In this document: positions 17,163-25,606 of the stretch, in pieces
Layout of the letters: the number at the start of each line of letters is the position of its first letter
Position numbering within the stretch: the first letter of the stretch is position 1
Origin: Candidatus Parcubacteria bacterium
Lineage (GTDB): Bacteria > Patescibacteriota > Patescibacteriia > CAIXNZ01
Length of the DNA: 64,000 nucleotides
NCBI GenBank assembly: GCA_026395685.1
Contig: JAPLYG010000009.1
Span: forward strand, 81,519 to 145,518
Direction of reading: 5' to 3'
The notes under the pieces: model-generated
What the model was told of the DNA's origin: nothing
What the model saw: only the letters and a program-made list of their open reading frames with translations
Databases searched by the model: none
Position numbers and translations under genes: made by a program

Positions 17163-19598
17163 TTATTTTCTGATCTGCGCGCCGAATTTCGCTTCCAAAT
17201 GCTGTAAAACTTTCTGATGAATAATCTGAACTTCATCCATGGTTAAAGTTTTGTCATCAGAACGGTATTCAATTCTGAATGCAATTGATTTCTTAGCTTC
17301 AGGAATGCCCTGGCCTTCATATACATCAAAGAAAGTAATTTTGCGGATTAAATCCTTGTCCACATCTTTAACCGCCTGATAAATTTCCTCCCAGAGAATT
17401 TTTTTGGCTATAATCATGGAAATATCCAAATCAATGCTCGGGAATTTGGGAATCGGCTTGTATTTGATCACGTCCGTATATAATGATGCTAATTTAGTTA
17501 AATTAAATTCAAAAATTGAGACCTTGGATTTCAAACCCAGCTTATCATACAAATTATCAGCGGGTTCGGAAATATAACCAATGTCTTTAGCCTGAACTAA
17601 AATTTTTATTGCCCGATTCATTTTGGCAAAAGGTAACACATCAACAATTTTCTCCAGTTTATAATCAAAATGCAATTGGCTTAATAAACCGGCAATGACA
17701 TTTTTCGCAATATAAAACGGCTTATCATTTTTCTTTTCGCAAATAATGCCGGCAATTAATTTTTCCTGCAAGGGTAAGCTTTTATCTCCTTTATCAAAGA
17801 CTTTTTCGCCTTTGGCTTCCGGCCAGAAAATCGAACCAACTTCGAATAAACCGAAATCATCATAATTGCGACAGTTGCTGACTGCATTGCCTAACAAATT
17901 AGGAATTAACGAACGGCGCAATAGATTCCAGTCTTTGGACTGCGGGTTGGCAATGTGGATATGATCTTCTACTTTTAAACCCAAACTTTTCACCTGGTCC
18001 TCGCCCACAAAAGAATAATTATAAACTTCGTTTAAACCAAAACCATAAGCCAGAAGCTGTTTGATTTTTCGTTCCAAATCACGTTCAATATTGGCTTCGG
18101 GCTTAGAGATCTCGATCATGGGCAAGCTTGATTTCAAATTGCTATAGCCATAAATCCTAATTACTTCTTCAACTAAATCCTCAGGGATGGAAATATCCTT
18201 CGTGGCGCGCCAGGTTGGTATAGTCACGGTCAAATCCTTAACGCTTTTTTTAACCTCAAAACCCAAACTTGATAAAATCTTCACGACCTTATCTTTGGGA
18301 ATTTCCTGACCGACCTTCTTAGTTATGAAATCAAAACTTAGTTTGATCGGCCCCTGATTTAATTTAAATTTCTTAACATCTTCAATTTTGGAGACTAATT
18401 TTGCCTGAGGACAAAGCTGCAAGATCAATTCAATGGCGCGCTTAATCCCCCACTCGGACAAATTAGGATCCAAAGATTTTTCAAAACGGATTGAAGCTTC
18501 AGAACGTAAACCTAATTTAGATTCTGTCTGACGAATAGAAACATGGTCAAAATTTGCTGATTCAATAATGACTTTTTTGGTTTTATTATCAATTTCAGTA
18601 TTAGCTCCGCCCATAATGCCGGCAATGGCCACTGGTTTAACCGCATCAGCAATTACCAGCATACTTTCATCCAATTCCCTGGCTTGATCATCCAGAGTAT
18701 CTATTTTTTCACCTTTTTTCGCATTACGAACGACAATGCGGTGTTCTGCCAACTTATCATAATCAAAAGCATGAAGAGGCTGGCCGATTTCCATCATCAC
18801 ATAATTGGTAATATCAACAATATTATTAATAGAGCGCATACCCACGCTAGCTACTCGCTTTTTCAGCCAGTCTGGTGATTCTTCAATCTTAATGCCTTCC
18901 AAAACTACTCCGCAATATCGCGGGCATAATTTAAAATCCTCAATTTTAATATCCAACCGACTGTCACCCTGAGGCTCTCGAAGGGTGACTTTGAAATCCT
19001 TTAATTTTTCGCCTATCAAAACGGACACTTCCCGGGCAATGCCATAATGAGACCATAAATCGGGTCGATTACTTAATGATTTATTATCAATTTCATAAAT
19101 CGTATCATCCAAACCTAAAACTTTACTCAAAGGCTCGCCTACTTTAGTTTTACTGTCCAAAATTAAAATTCCAGTGTGATCTTTACCCAAACCAAGCTCA
19201 TCTTCAGCGCACAGCATACCGCTGGATTCCTCACCGCGCACTTTAGCTTTGCTAATTTCCATGCCATTGGGTAATTTGGTTCCGATTGTTGCGACCGGAA
19301 CTTTTTGACCCACAGCGATATTTGGCGCACCACAGACAATATTCAATTTTCCTTCGTTCGCCGAAGCTTTATGCGAAGGCGAATCAATATTAACCACACA
19401 TAACTGCAACTTATCAGCATTAGGATGTTTTTTAACTTCTAAAATTTCGCCGACAATCACGCCATTCAAACTTTGCGCCTGGTCAGTCATACCTTCCACT
19501 TCAGCCGTGGATATAGTCAATTTAAAACCCAGCTCTTTGGAAGATAAAGAGTTTGGTATTTTTACAAAATCGGAAAGCCAATTTTTTGAGATATACAT
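17163..19598 (-). CDS. pheT: Phenylalanine-tRNA ligase beta subunit
   Basis: KHPNADKL, NRPDLWSHYGIARE, GQPLHAFD, DLVEEVIRIYGY and a C-terminal FDX-ACB domain. Confidence 0.97.
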   Translation of the reverse strand: MYISKNWLSDFVKIPNSLSSKELGFKLTISTAEVEGMTDQAQSLNGVIVGEILEVKKHPNADKLQLCVVNIDSPSHKASANEGKLNIVCGAPNIAVGQKVPVATIGTKLPNGMEISKAKVRGEESSGMLCAEDELGLGKDHTGILILDSKTKVGEPLSKVLGLDDTIYEIDNKSLSNRPDLWSHYGIAREVSVLIGEKLKDFKVTLREPQGDSRLDIKIEDFKLCPRYCGVVLEGIKIEESPDWLKKRVASVGMRSINNIVDITNYVMMEIGQPLHAFDYDKLAEHRIVVRNAKKGEKIDTLDDQARELDESMLVIADAVKPVAIAGIMGGANTEIDNKTKKVIIESANFDHVSIRQTESKLGLRSEASIRFEKSLDPNLSEWGIKRAIELILQLCPQAKLVSKIEDVKKFKLNQGPIKLSFDFITKKVGQEIPKDKVVKILSSLGFEVKKSVKDLTVTIPTWRATKDISIPEDLVEEVIRIYGYSNLKSSLPMIEISKPEANIERDLERKIKQLLAYGFGLNEVYNYSFVGEDQVKSLGLKVEDHIHIANPQSKDWNLLRRSLIPNLLGNAVSNCRNYDDFGLFEVGSIFWPEAKGEKVFDKGDKSLPLQEKLIAGIICEKKNDKPFYIAKNVIAGLLSQLHFDYKLEKIVDVLPFAKMNRAIKILVQAKDIGYISEPADNLYDKLGLKSKVSIFEFNLTKLASLYTDVIKYKPIPKFPSIDLDISMIIAKKILWEEIYQAVKDVDKDLIRKITFFDVYEGQGIPEAKKSIAFRIEYRSDDKTLTMDEVQIIHQKVLQHLEAKFGAQIRK
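18963..18989. repeat. 27-nt palindromic REP-like element in frame in pheT
   Basis: GTCACCCT-GAGGCTCTCGA-AGGGTGAC; 26/27 identical to 23465-23491; encodes VTLREPQGD. Confidence 0.9.
19351..19385. repeat. Second REP-like element in frame in pheT
   Basis: TTCGCC-GAA-GC-TTTAT-GC-GAA-GGCGAA; encodes SPSHKASANEG; same core as the intergenic element at 62498. Confidence 0.7.
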
Positions 19599-19609
19599 AT
19601 TGATTTTTA

Positions 19610-20230
19610 TTAATTTTCGCGATAATCGATTTGGAATATTGATTGGTCATTTAGTTCATAATTGCGGAGGGAACTGTATTTGTATTCGCTAAGATCTTTA
19701 ACTATACCGTGTTTATATGGGTTTTTGTGAATGTAATCTAACTTCTCCTGAAATTTTTTGTCAGAATAGACATTAAAATCGTAAAATTTTGATTGCCAAA
19801 GACGATATTGCAAATTTCTTTTGTGCGGTGTCTGGTCTCTCGGGATTGCGCGCAGCATCTGCTCTGTTAACCCCATCCCCCTTCGGGTGGAGCGGAGCAT
19901 CGGCTCTGCGCCTGGGTCAGCTTGAGACAAGAGCAGATGCTCTTGTCTTCCCGAACTTGCGTATAAATCAATAATTCTGCGCGCAGCGGCTCCTTTAATC
20001 CCCTGCATAATTTTTGAAATGGTCAATTTTTCATCCTCAAAATAAATCAAACAATGCACATGATCGGGTAAAATTACATAACCATAAATTTTCAAACCAT
20101 ATTTCTGACGATAAAAATCAAATTCCTCCAATAAAATTTTACAGCAATCTTCATCCTTAAATATCGGCCGTCTTATATTCGTCACAAACGTCACGAAATG
20201 AATATCACCCGGTTGATTAATCCTAATCAT
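19610..20230 (-). mobile_element. REP-associated tyrosine transposase (RAYT / Y1 HUH family)
   Basis: HFVTFVT, YVILPDHVH (HUH), WQSKFYD, YIHKNP and YKYSS motifs. Confidence 0.88.
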
Positions 20231-20239
20231 TCTAATTGT

Positions 20240-21280
20240 TTAAAATTGGTTAAGAAATCTGAGATCCCCACTCTGCAATAACCTAATATCGTCAATATTA
20301 TACTTAAGCATCACCAACCTGGTTAAACCAAACCCAAAAGCAAAACCCTGGTATTTATCGGGATCAACATTGCCGGCTTTCAGGACATTGGGGTGGACCA
20401 TGCCGGCGCCGACAATTTCCAGCCAGCCGCTATTTTTGCATAATTTACAGCCTTTGCCGTGACACAAAAAGCAAGTTACTTCTCCGTTGACGCCCGGCTC
20501 CACAAAAGGATAATATTTGGGACGCAATCGTATTTTAGTGTCTTCGCCGTATAACTTTTGAGCCACGGTTTCCAAAAACCCGCACATATCAGTGAAAGAA
20601 ATATTTTTATCAATCATTAGGCCTTCCAGCTGATAAAATGTATGCTCGTGGCGCACGTCAGTAGCTTCATTGCGAAAACAACGGCCCGGAATCACTACTC
20701 GCAAAGGCGCGCCGTGTTTTTGCATGGCTCGAACCTGCACAGAGGAAGTCTGAGTCCTCATCACTAAATTTTCCGTTCCGTTCACAGTCTTGGGATCAAT
20801 ATAAAAAGTATCCTGCATATCGCGCGCCGGGTGCCAGGTCGGAATATTTAAACCTTCAAAATTATAATAATCAGATTCCAATTCAGGACCGTCTAATACC
20901 ATAAAGCCCATTGACTTAAAAATATCTTCCAATTCCGTTTGTACCTGAGTTACGGGATGCAAATGACCAAGCTTGTATTTCTCAATTTCCAAAGTAACAT
21001 CAATAAAATCACGCTCTAAATCCTCATCAATATCTAAATTCAAATCTTGTTTTTTTTGCTCCAAAGCTTTGCTAATTTCATTTTTGATCTCATTGGCCAC
21101 TGCACCAATTTTAGGACGCAAATCATCAGATACTTCTTTAATATCCTTCAAAAGCTTGGCCAGTTCCCCACTTTTGCGGGAAAAATACTTATTCTCAATA
21201 TTCTGCCATTCTTCTGAATTGCGGATATTCTCAATTTCCTTAAGCGCCTGCTCTTTTAAATCTTTTAATTTAATTTCCAT
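20240..21280 (-). CDS. pheS: Phenylalanine-tRNA ligase alpha subunit
   Basis: GHLHP, HPARDMQDTFY, YYPFVEPG and GFAFGFG motifs. Confidence 0.97.
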   Translation of the reverse strand: MEIKLKDLKEQALKEIENIRNSEEWQNIENKYFSRKSGELAKLLKDIKEVSDDLRPKIGAVANEIKNEISKALEQKKQDLNLDIDEDLERDFIDVTLEIEKYKLGHLHPVTQVQTELEDIFKSMGFMVLDGPELESDYYNFEGLNIPTWHPARDMQDTFYIDPKTVNGTENLVMRTQTSSVQVRAMQKHGAPLRVVIPGRCFRNEATDVRHEHTFYQLEGLMIDKNISFTDMCGFLETVAQKLYGEDTKIRLRPKYYPFVEPGVNGEVTCFLCHGKGCKLCKNSGWLEIVGAGMVHPNVLKAGNVDPDKYQGFAFGFGLTRLVMLKYNIDDIRLLQSGDLRFLNQF

Positions 21281-21343
21281 ATATTTATAAATTAAATAAA
21301 TCCCCGCTTACCCTTCTTACCCGTTTTTCCCTTCTTTTCCCTT

Positions 21344-22450
21344 CTAAATAAGATTACTAAAAAAATTACTAAAAGAAGGACTGTATCTTAAAATATCCTG
21401 AAAGGTAATAACAATAATCAAAATCATCAGGATAGAAAAGCCGATAGTATGAATGATGCCTTCAATTTTTTTATTAACCGGCTTGCGCCTGATTTTTTCA
21501 ATAATAATGAAAAGTAAATGGCCGCCGTCAAAAGCCGGGAATGGCACAAAATTTATGATGGCCAGATTTAAGGATAAAAGAGCTGCAAACTGTAATAAAT
21601 AAATAAGACCGAGCTTTGCCACCTGGCCGGTCAAAACTGCAATTCCTACCGGTCCGGCCACCTGGACTCCGATTGGCTGGCCAATCACTAAATTTTTAAT
21701 AATATTGCCAAAAGCAAAAATAAATTCTTTAGTTAACGCAAATGTTAATTTAATGCCGTGCCAGATAGCCAAATGCGGAGGATAAGAAACTATCCCTGTT
21801 TCCACCAGTCCTACCCCAATACCGCCCTTTCCTTTTTCCAATTCAACAATTTCTACTTCCGTTGTTATCTCCTCCTTATTGCGAATAATAGTAAAATTAA
21901 CCTTCTGACCTATTTTTTCACCGGCAAACTGTATTAATGTTTTAATACTTTTTATTTCCTGACCATCAACTGACTTCAAGACATCTCCGACTTCAATCCC
22001 AGCTGCTTTAGCCGGCTTATCATCCAAAACATTCATTACTTGAATTTTGTATTCGCTTACTTTACCACTGGCTAAAACATCCTGATCAACTGATTGCGGC
22101 AAGCCAAACATAAACCCAACTGACAGCAGAACAATACATAATAAATAATTCATGGCCACACCGGCGGAAATCACCAAAGCTCTTTGCCAAGGCTTTTTAT
22201 TGATATAACTATTTGGATCTTCAGATCCTTCTTCATTTTCGCGTAAATTCACAAAGCCTCCTAAAGGAATTGCATTAATGGAATAAATAATACCGTCTTT
22301 GCCCTTTTTGCTCCAAATTTTTGGCGGAAAACCAATGCCAAACTCATAAATTTTCATACCCATCTTTTTGGCAGCATAAAAATGGCCAAGTTCATGAACC
22401 AGGACTAAAATGCCTAAAACAATAAGAAAAATTAATACAGTGGTGATCAT
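21344..22450 (-). CDS. rseP: RIP metalloprotease RseP (M50, PDZ domain)
   Basis: HELGH, AIPLGGFV, a PDZ domain and NFVPFPAFDGGH. Confidence 0.93.
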   Translation of the reverse strand: MITTVLIFLIVLGILVLVHELGHFYAAKKMGMKIYEFGIGFPPKIWSKKGKDGIIYSINAIPLGGFVNLRENEEGSEDPNSYINKKPWQRALVISAGVAMNYLLCIVLLSVGFMFGLPQSVDQDVLASGKVSEYKIQVMNVLDDKPAKAAGIEVGDVLKSVDGQEIKSIKTLIQFAGEKIGQKVNFTIIRNKEEITTEVEIVELEKGKGGIGVGLVETGIVSYPPHLAIWHGIKLTFALTKEFIFAFGNIIKNLVIGQPIGVQVAGPVGIAVLTGQVAKLGLIYLLQFAALLSLNLAIINFVPFPAFDGGHLLFIIIEKIRRKPVNKKIEGIIHTIGFSILMILIIVITFQDILRYSPSFSNFFSNLI

Positions 22451-22546
22451 TGTATAGAAAGATTATTATTAAGTTTATAACATAATTTTAACTTAAATAT
22501 AAATAAAAAGCAAACCCCTTTATCCCCCTAAAAACCTAACAATTCA

Positions 22547-22575
22547 TTGACATAAACCAATAAATAAGCTAAGGT
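22547..22575 (+). promoter_or_regulatory. Sigma70-type promoter
   Basis: TTGACA-N17-TAAGGT; GGAGG RBS before GTG 22635. Confidence 0.6.
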
Positions 22576-22634
22576 AAATTATCGCTAGACATTTTGTATA
22601 TCTTGTCATAAAAGCGCAACTGGAGGTTTTTAAT

Positions 22635-23234
22635 GTGAAAAGGACCAAAAAAAAGCAACAGCAGCTGAACCAAGTTCTTTATTTCGCGATTATGGAACAC
22701 CATGAAAATGTATCTGCGTTTTGCCGGGATTTTCATCTGCATCCGGTCGAAGTCGGCTTGCTTTTAAATCTCAAGTCATCACCTTGCAGAGTCAATGGCA
22801 AATGGCGAAAAATTTCGCTGGATTTGGCTGAAATATTAGGCATTGACACGCATATTCTTTTTTCGGCAGAACTTTACGGCTTAGTGCAGACTGAAACTAT
22901 GGCGGAAATTCCCCTTTCTAATTTGCCACCCAATGCTCGCCTCTGCATTCCCTCAGTTCTAAACGATTATGAAATCCAAATTCTGAGACAGACGGTCAAA
23001 GATGAAATCGACCTGGCTCTGGCCAGGTTCAGTCCCAAAGAAGAAATGATCCTCAGGATGAAATTTGGTTTTGGCGCAGAACGGGAATTTACGCAGAAAG
23101 AAATCGGCCAAGCCTTTTTCATCAGCCATTCCCGCGTCGATCAAATTACCACAAAAACATTGAGGATTCTCAGTATGAGAAATCCACAGCTAAAAAATCT
23201 TATCAAAGACATTGCCGATCTGGATTTTGACTAA
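22635..23234 (+). CDS. HTH plus sigma-70 region-4 domain protein
   Basis: C-terminal FSPKEEMILRMKFGFGAEREFTQKEIGQAFFISHSRVDQITTKTLRIL resembles sigma region 4; the N-terminus looks XRE-HTH-like. Confidence 0.75.
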   Translation: MKRTKKKQQQLNQVLYFAIMEHHENVSAFCRDFHLHPVEVGLLLNLKSSPCRVNGKWRKISLDLAEILGIDTHILFSAELYGLVQTETMAEIPLSNLPPNARLCIPSVLNDYEIQILRQTVKDEIDLALARFSPKEEMILRMKFGFGAEREFTQKEIGQAFFISHSRVDQITTKTLRILSMRNPQLKNLIKDIADLDFD

Positions 23235-23238
23235 AAAT

Positions 23239-23269
23239 AAACCCCGACCCTAACCGGCCGGGTTTTTTT
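23239..23269 (+). terminator. Intrinsic terminator
   Basis: AACCC-CG...CGGGTT hairpin followed by a T-tract. Confidence 0.7.
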
Positions 23270-23283
23270 ATATGTGATGGCTT

Positions 23284-23355
23284 AACCACGAAAATCATAT
23301 CACTAAAAAACACGAAATATATATTTCGTGTAATTTCGTGCAACATTTCGTGGTT
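23284..23355. repeat. Inverted array of CACGAAA/TTTCGTG units
   Basis: Three ACACGAAA-like units followed by three TTTCGTG units, bounded by AACCAC/GTGGTT. A similar architecture with CACAGAT units occurs at 15326-15394. Confidence 0.65.
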
Positions 23356-23362
23356 CCGATAT

Positions 23363-24235
23363 CTACTTCAGCTCAATCTTTTCAAACTTAATTCCGCTAC
23401 CAAACCACTCCTCCCCCAACTTCTGGTAATGCGGCGACAAATCAGTCACCTGAAACTTAATATTGTCACCCTGAGGTTCTCGAAGGGTGACATCGTCGGC
23501 GTCATGCTTCGAGATCCTCAGCATGACATTCTCGTTTTTATCCAATTTTGTTTCAATCTCCGGATGCCGTGTCAAATAATCAGCCAAAGAATCAGCCACA
23601 ATTTCACCTGAATGCAAAACTTTTGTTCTTGAACTCATAATCCCCTGAATTTCCTTAAACAGAATCGGATAATGCGTACAGCCTAAAATCAAAGTATCAA
23701 CTTTTGCCAGTTTCAACGGCTGTAAATAAACTCGCAAAATCCTCTTGGCCACATCTGTTTTTTGCCAGCCTTCTTCCACCAAAGGCACCAAAAGCGGACA
23801 CGCCTGCTGTAAAACTTCCAGCTTATTATTAATTTTTCCTATTTCGATTTCATAAGCTTTGGAATTAACAGTACCTTTGGTGCCAATAACACCGATTTTC
23901 TTTTTGGCTACTTTCACTGCTTCTTCAACTACCGGCCTGATCACGCCTAATACTCGCCTATCAGCAAAATGCTGAGGCAACCAGTTTTGCTGTATCTTAG
24001 GCAAAGCTTCAGCTGACGCAGTATTACAGGCAATAATTACCAACTGGCAATCCTGCTTAAATAAAAAATCAACTGCCTGTTCCGTAAAATTATAGATTAC
24101 CTCCCGGGAGCGGTTGCCATATGGCGTCCGCGCATTGTCTCCCAGGTAAATGTAATCGTATTGAGGCAGTTTTTTGATGATTTCTTTAAGAATAATTAAG
24201 CCTCCGAGTCCGGAGTCAAAAATTCCGATCTTCAT
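23363..24235 (-). CDS. murI: Glutamate racemase
   Basis: MKIGIFDSGLGGL, IACNTASA and ILGCTHYP motifs; start reassigned to ATG 24235. Confidence 0.96.
   Translation of the reverse strand: MKIGIFDSGLGGLIILKEIIKKLPQYDYIYLGDNARTPYGNRSREVIYNFTEQAVDFLFKQDCQLVIIACNTASAEALPKIQQNWLPQHFADRRVLGVIRPVVEEAVKVAKKKIGVIGTKGTVNSKAYEIEIGKINNKLEVLQQACPLLVPLVEEGWQKTDVAKRILRVYLQPLKLAKVDTLILGCTHYPILFKEIQGIMSSRTKVLHSGEIVADSLADYLTRHPEIETKLDKNENVMLRISKHDADDVTLREPQGDNIKFQVTDLSPHYQKLGEEWFGSGIKFEKIELK
23465..23527. repeat. Inverted REP doublet in frame in murI
   Basis: GTCACCCTGAGGTTCTCGAAGGGTGAC, a 9-nt spacer, then GTCATGCTTCGAGATCCTCAGCATGAC; 63 nt = 21 codons. Confidence 0.88.
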
Positions 24236-24245
24236 AATATTCAAG

Positions 24246-24332
24246 GCGAAAACGCCCAATTTCGGACTGACAGGCTTTAGCCTGTTATATTAACACACTG
24301 AAGTGTGTCAGTCCGTTCCTTAGCGTTTTCGC
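24246..24332. repeat. REPIN-like inverted doublet
   Basis: Outer stem GCGAAAACGC/GCGTTTTCGC enclosing CGGACTGACAGGCTTTAGCCTGTTA and the inverted CGGACTGACACACTTCAGTGTGTTA. Confidence 0.8.
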
Positions 24333-24375
24333 AATTCCAAGAACCAATGGCTCAATAGATTAATGGCAAATGGCT

Positions 24376-25507
24376 TTATTTAATTAATCCCAATAATTCC
24401 TTCACCTTCTCGTCCACCAGCGCCTGCGACTTGGCCTCCACATTCAACCGAATCAAGGGTTCCGTATTTGACTTGCGCAAATTAAAGCGCCAGTCAGCGT
24501 ATTCAACGGAAACGCCATCAATATGTTCGACCTTGCCGTCTGAATATTTCTCTTCAGCATTCTTTAAAACAACATCGGGGTCATTTACCGCCCGGCTTAT
24601 TGATCAAAGCTTGGCCTTTAAATTTTTTGACAGTATCTTCCACCGCCCAGGTTAAACGGGGGTCATAAATAATTTTCTTAGATTCTTTGCCGAATTTTTC
24701 CAGCATTATCTGGGCTAAAATCGCAGTCAGATAATAGCCGTCAACAAAATCTCCGTTTTCATCAAAAATAAAACAGCGGTCAGCATCAGCATCCCAGGCC
24801 ACACCCAAATCAGCCTTTTCTGATTTGACTAATGCCTCAGTTTCTATACGTCTTTCAAGAATCATGGGGTCAGGCCGTCCTTTGGGAAAATTTCCATTGG
24901 GCTCAAAATCCAAAGGCACGATTTCAATCGGTAAGAATTCTAAAATCTTATTTACTGCCACCCCTGCCATGCCAAAATTGGCATTGGCCACAATTTTCAT
25001 GGGCTTGATTGCCTTGGGATCAATAAAACTCAGACAATGCTTGACATAATCAGCTAAAATTTCTTTTTTAGTTACTTCCCCCTTTTCCGGTTCAATTATT
25101 TGTTCCTCTTTCAAAGCCTGATCACGCATTTCCATAATGCCGGTATCACCGGAAATAGCAATCGCCTTTTCCCTGACAAATTTTATTCCGTTGTATTCTT
25201 TGGGATTGTGAGAAGCGGAAATGGTCATACCCCCGCTGTAACCGTATTTTGCCACACTGAAATAAAGCATGTCCGTAGAAATTGTGCCGATATCAATAAC
25301 ATCAATTCCAGCATCTGTCAGCCCCTTGGCTGCTGATTGCCATAAACTGGGCGAAGACAAACGTACGTCTTTACCTAAGGCAATCGGACCTTTAGGTTTT
25401 ACAAATTTGACGTATGCCTGAGCGATTTTATAAACCGCATCTTCATCAATATCTGTCGGATAAATACCGCGCACGTCATAAGCCTTGAATATTGAAGGGT
25501 TGATCAT
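24376..25507 (-). pseudogene. manB: Phosphomannomutase/phosphoglucomutase with internal deletion and frameshift
   Basis: FKAYDVRG, ISASHNP and WDADADR are present. The frame stops at 24581, and domain 4 (VNDPDVVLKNAEEKY...FNLRKSNTEPLIRLNVEA...LIK*) continues in another frame. The GE-S-H sugar-binding region is absent. Confidence 0.8.
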
Positions 25508-25560
25508 ATTTTTTAAGTCTAAAGTATAAAGTATAAAGTCTAAAGTTAGGACTTCAGACT

Positions 25561-25591
25561 TTCCCGCGGAGCGGGAAGCCGCTTCGCGGCT
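25561..25591. repeat. Twin-hairpin REP-like element inside a heptamer array
   Basis: TTCCCGC-GGA-GCGGGAA and AGCCGC-TTC-GCGGCT interrupt (AAGTCTA/AAGTATA)n and (GACTTCA)n units. Confidence 0.65.
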
Positions 25592-25606
25592 CGGGCTTCA
25601 ATTTAA

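Noticed and set aside
24581-24600. Programmed frameshift or stop-codon recoding in manB
   Set aside because: A frameshift alone cannot restore the missing domain-3 sequence, and TGA serves as a normal stop elsewhere in the window.
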